Part shown: piece after piece, positions 61,118-64,000 of the stretch
Layout: each line of letters begins with the position of its first letter
How positions within the stretch are numbered: position 1 is the first letter of the stretch
Assembly: GCA_963676835.2 (NCBI GenBank)
Contig: CAXXFF010000001.1
Span: forward strand, 288,001-352,000
DNA from: Marispirochaeta sp.
GTDB lineage: Bacteria; Spirochaetota; Spirochaetia; JC444; Marispirochaetaceae
Direction of reading: 5' to 3'
Length of the DNA stretch: 64,000 bases
The notes under the pieces: generated by a model
Databases searched by the model: none
The model's input: only the letters and a program-made list of their open reading frames with translations
What the model was told of the DNA's origin: nothing
Translations under genes and position numbers: made by a program

Positions 61118-63196
61118 TTGGAAGCTAAACTGGACCGTCTGGTCAGTCTTGTCGGATCCGACCAGGGGTTTTACATTCTTGCCCTCCACTCTTTTGTTGA
61201 ATGGTATCTCCGCTACCGGAAAGGTTATACCGATGAGAAGTTTCCGGAGCTTACCTGGCGTTTCCGTGAGGAACTGATTACCGAGCGGGAAGGATTTATA
61301 GACGGTCTCAACTGCCTTACCGGACTTGCGAAGCAGCACCATATTACCAACAGCGTCCGGCATGCCTTTGAATCCTTTGACGAAGAGGAGGCACGAGCGG
61401 CTACCCTCTTCTTCCTGCGGTTCTGCGGGCTGATCGGCATAGACAACAGTCCCCAGGTACAGATTCTGTGGCAGAACCTTGAGATCTGGCGAAACCGAAC
61501 AACAATACTCGAACAGACAACGCATCTGAATACCCTGGAACATATGCTCAAGGAACTCCAGGAACGTAATACCGAACTGCTGATGCAGAAAGATGAACGG
61601 GACCAGCTGAAACTTGAGCTGGAAGAGACCAGGCTGGAGATGAACCGGGCAGATCTTGAACTGCGGAAGGTTAAAGCTTCGGCGGAAAAGAAAGACGCAA
61701 AGATAGATTCCCTCAGGCAGCAGAAACACGAGATTTCCCTCCGGTACACCGAACTTGAGAAAAGTTTTTCCCGCTTTGATGATCTGGAACGGTACTTAAG
61801 CTATTTGAGCCGTTTCTCCCTCTATACACGAAGCCGCATGGAATATGAACAGATGATATCCCAGCTTACCCCCGAGCAGGAGGATGTGCTCAACAGCGCT
61901 GAACTCTCCAGAAATCTGTTTATAAAAGGCGGCCCGGGCACCGGCAAATCCCTGGTTATGATAGAACTGATACGAAGGGTTCTGCCCCAGCAGGAGCTGG
62001 ATTTCGGCACCGAATCCTCAATCGTCTTTATTACCTTTACCACAACCCTGGCGAAATACAACCAGTATATTTCATCCCTCCGCGGGCTGGATCTTCCGGT
62101 CAAGCTTGTACGTACAACCGACAGCCTTTTATACGGAAAGTTCCGGGAGATATTCGGGTACTCATACCGATTCAAGTTCAACTTTATTGAAGAGTATCTG
62201 AAAGAGAGGGATATTCCCGGTTTCTTTACCCGAAAAGAGCTGGAAAGCGAGATTGAGAACTTTCTTTTCGGCCACATGGTAAGCCGGGAAGAGTACATTG
62301 ACCGGATGATTCCCCGGACAGGTATGCGTAAACGCTTAACAAAAGAACAGCGAACAGAGGTCTGGAAAATACGGGATGAGATTGTAGAGGAGATGGAGCG
62401 GGCACAGCTGCTTACCACGGAATACCTGCGCATGCGCCTGGCTTTATACCTGAAGGAACATCCGGAGAATGAGGAGATTCGGGATATCAGCTACCTTTTT
62501 GTTGATGAAACCCAGGATCTTACCGGAGCGGCAGTTACCGCCCTGAATGAGCTTTCCCGGCGCTGCATGGTTTTTGCCGGGGATTTTGACCAGAGTCTCT
62601 ACTGCTTTCAGAACCCCTTTACCCGGGCGGGCCTTTCATTTCAGGGACGGACAAAGATTCTCCGGACCAATTTCCGCAATACGGTTCAGATTCATGATTT
62701 CGCCGAGAAGTTCCGCGCTTTGAACAACGAAGGTACGGATACCGAGAACCAACCTTCCCCTTTCAGAGAAGGTCCTTCGCCCGAAGTATACCGAAGTGAC
62801 CCGGAAAGTCTTCTGGAAATGCTCGCGACAAAGCTGTGCATCTATACAGACGAACTGGGGTATGAACCTGAGACCATCTGCGTGCTTACCCCGGGCAACG
62901 ATGTGCTGCAGTCCCTTGAAGAGTGGCTTATGTACCGAAATATCCCCGCAGTGCCGATCCGGGACAGGAACTTTCATTTTGATTCAACCGGTAGTATCCG
63001 GGTAAGTACCCTGCATTCCAGCAAGGGGCTGGATTTTTCTGTTGTCCTGCTCTACCTGCCGGTACTTGAAAAGAAAGAGCTGTACAGCGATGAAACAACC
63101 GACCGGCTGCTGCATAATCTTATTTATGTGGGTATGACCCGGGCCATGGACTGTCTTGATGTTTTTGTCGGGGACGGGGTTGAGATTAATTTTTAG
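61118..63196 (+). CDS. superfamily 1 (UvrD-like) helicase with N-terminal HEPN-like domain and coiled coil
   Basis: GGPGTGKS, VDETQD, GDFDQSLY, NFRN, STLHSSKGLDF, YVGMTRA. Confidence 0.85.
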   Translation: MEAKLDRLVSLVGSDQGFYILALHSFVEWYLRYRKGYTDEKFPELTWRFREELITEREGFIDGLNCLTGLAKQHHITNSVRHAFESFDEEEARAATLFFLRFCGLIGIDNSPQVQILWQNLEIWRNRTTILEQTTHLNTLEHMLKELQERNTELLMQKDERDQLKLELEETRLEMNRADLELRKVKASAEKKDAKIDSLRQQKHEISLRYTELEKSFSRFDDLERYLSYLSRFSLYTRSRMEYEQMISQLTPEQEDVLNSAELSRNLFIKGGPGTGKSLVMIELIRRVLPQQELDFGTESSIVFITFTTTLAKYNQYISSLRGLDLPVKLVRTTDSLLYGKFREIFGYSYRFKFNFIEEYLKERDIPGFFTRKELESEIENFLFGHMVSREEYIDRMIPRTGMRKRLTKEQRTEVWKIRDEIVEEMERAQLLTTEYLRMRLALYLKEHPENEEIRDISYLFVDETQDLTGAAVTALNELSRRCMVFAGDFDQSLYCFQNPFTRAGLSFQGRTKILRTNFRNTVQIHDFAEKFRALNNEGTDTENQPSPFREGPSPEVYRSDPESLLEMLATKLCIYTDELGYEPETICVLTPGNDVLQSLEEWLMYRNIPAVPIRDRNFHFDSTGSIRVSTLHSSKGLDFSVVLLYLPVLEKKELYSDETTDRLLHNLIYVGMTRAMDCLDVFVGDGVEINF

Positions 63197-63253
63197 CGGG
63201 CCCGTTTTCCGGTAGTAACCACGACAGCCGCGAAAGGGTCACGACATGGTTTA

Positions 63254-64000
63254 TCACTCATCGCTGCTGCGATTGAGGATGCTGATTATAAGCTTTTTAA
63301 CCGTTTCTGATTCTTCAGGTTTGCTGACCGCGACAAACAGCGTCATTGCAGCCAGGGTCTCGTTGTCGATTACGGGTTTTCCGTTTTCCTGCAGCAATGC
63401 ATGGTTCTGCTGCAAAAAATAGAGAAAACATGCGGCGGCTATACGTTTGTTGCCATCCACAAATGAGTGGTTCTTGGTAATAAAGTACAGCAGGTTTGCA
63501 GCCTTTTCTTCCATGGTCGGGTATAGTTCCTTTCCCCCGAAGCTCTGCTGAATCTGATTTACCGAACTCTCAAAGCTTTCATCCTTGGGCTGTGCGAAAA
63601 CACCGGAGGCAAAATCGGAGTACATACCTTCAATAAGTGCAAGGTAGTCTCGTACTGCCGGGTATACAATGCTGCAGCTGGTTTTGCCTTTTTCATCAAG
63701 GTCTTCATGATCGTAGTCATCCAGTAAAGCAAGGCCTCTGGAAAAGAGCTGGAACACCTCCCGGTTCTTGTCATCAGTTACGTCTTCAATGGCCCGGTTG
63801 ATAATGCGGATTCCGGTTTTCAGGTATTCCACTTCCTGCTGTTTCTGTGCAAGTCGCTTCTTGTTAACAGCAAAGCCTTTTACCAGATAATCCTTCAGCC
63901 GGGCTGTTGCCCATTTACGGAACTGGGTTCCCCGTTTTGAATTTACGCGGTATCCTACGGAGATTATAGCATCCAGATTGTAGATCATAACTGAGCGCCG
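63254..64000 (-). CDS. RhuM-Fic/Doc family protein (5'-truncated by window edge)
   Basis: YNLDAIISVGYRVNSKRGTQFRKWA; Fic motif HSFVDGNKRIA; frame open to window end. Confidence 0.9.
   Translation of the reverse strand, partial: RRSVMIYNLDAIISVGYRVNSKRGTQFRKWATARLKDYLVKGFAVNKKRLAQKQQEVEYLKTGIRIINRAIEDVTDDKNREVFQLFSRGLALLDDYDHEDLDEKGKTSCSIVYPAVRDYLALIEGMYSDFASGVFAQPKDESFESSVNQIQQSFGGKELYPTMEEKAANLLYFITKNHSFVDGNKRIAAACFLYFLQQNHALLQENGKPVIDNETLAAMTLFVAVSKPEESETVKKLIISILNRSSDE

Larger units (their letters stand above)
50690..64000. mobile_element. putative accessory/defence island downstream of tRNA-Gly (extends beyond window)
   Basis: Abrupt shift to AT-rich mosaic DNA; nucleases, helicase, Fic, a pseudogene; no integrase or att repeat seen in window. 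Confidence 0.55.

Noticed and set aside
63197..63253. CACGACA direct repeat and possible hairpin between convergent genes
   Set aside because: Too short and irregular to call an ncRNA or terminator
50651..64000. Integrase, att repeat or integron attC sites
   Set aside because: No recombinase motifs or repeated sites found by eye within the window

Overview
A 64-kb chromosomal segment, most likely from a free-living spirochaete (Spirochaetales). Supporting markers are a TP0733-like outer-membrane protein, a TP0136-like lipoprotein, a long spirochaetal LptD, and an E-DUF2764-A-B-D-I-K V-type ATPase operon. Positions 1-50.6 kb are mostly minus-strand housekeeping genes: miaB, a split purH, folD, htrA, map, nusB, secG, gap-pgk-tpiA, a phoH/HD/ybeY/corC cluster, lptD, uvrA, ispG, V-ATPase, rsgA and murI. 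This part also holds a frameshifted ~1700-aa surface protein and a NatAB-like ABC transporter. A tRNA-Gly(TCC) lies at 50579-50650. After it comes a compositionally mosaic accessory island that runs off the window end. The island encodes PD-(D/E)XK, EEP and GIY-YIG nucleases, DUF6508, two convergent ADP-ribosylglycohydrolases, a CBS-like+HEPN protein coupled to one of them, a HEPN-like/coiled-coil/SF1 helicase, a RhuM-Fic protein and a broken rhuM. The best candidate for an undescribed system is this island, especially the CBS-HEPN + ADP-ribosylglycohydrolase pair. An unannotated 20-aa hydrophobic peptide gene precedes the tRNA. All family calls come from reading motifs by eye; no database searches were run.
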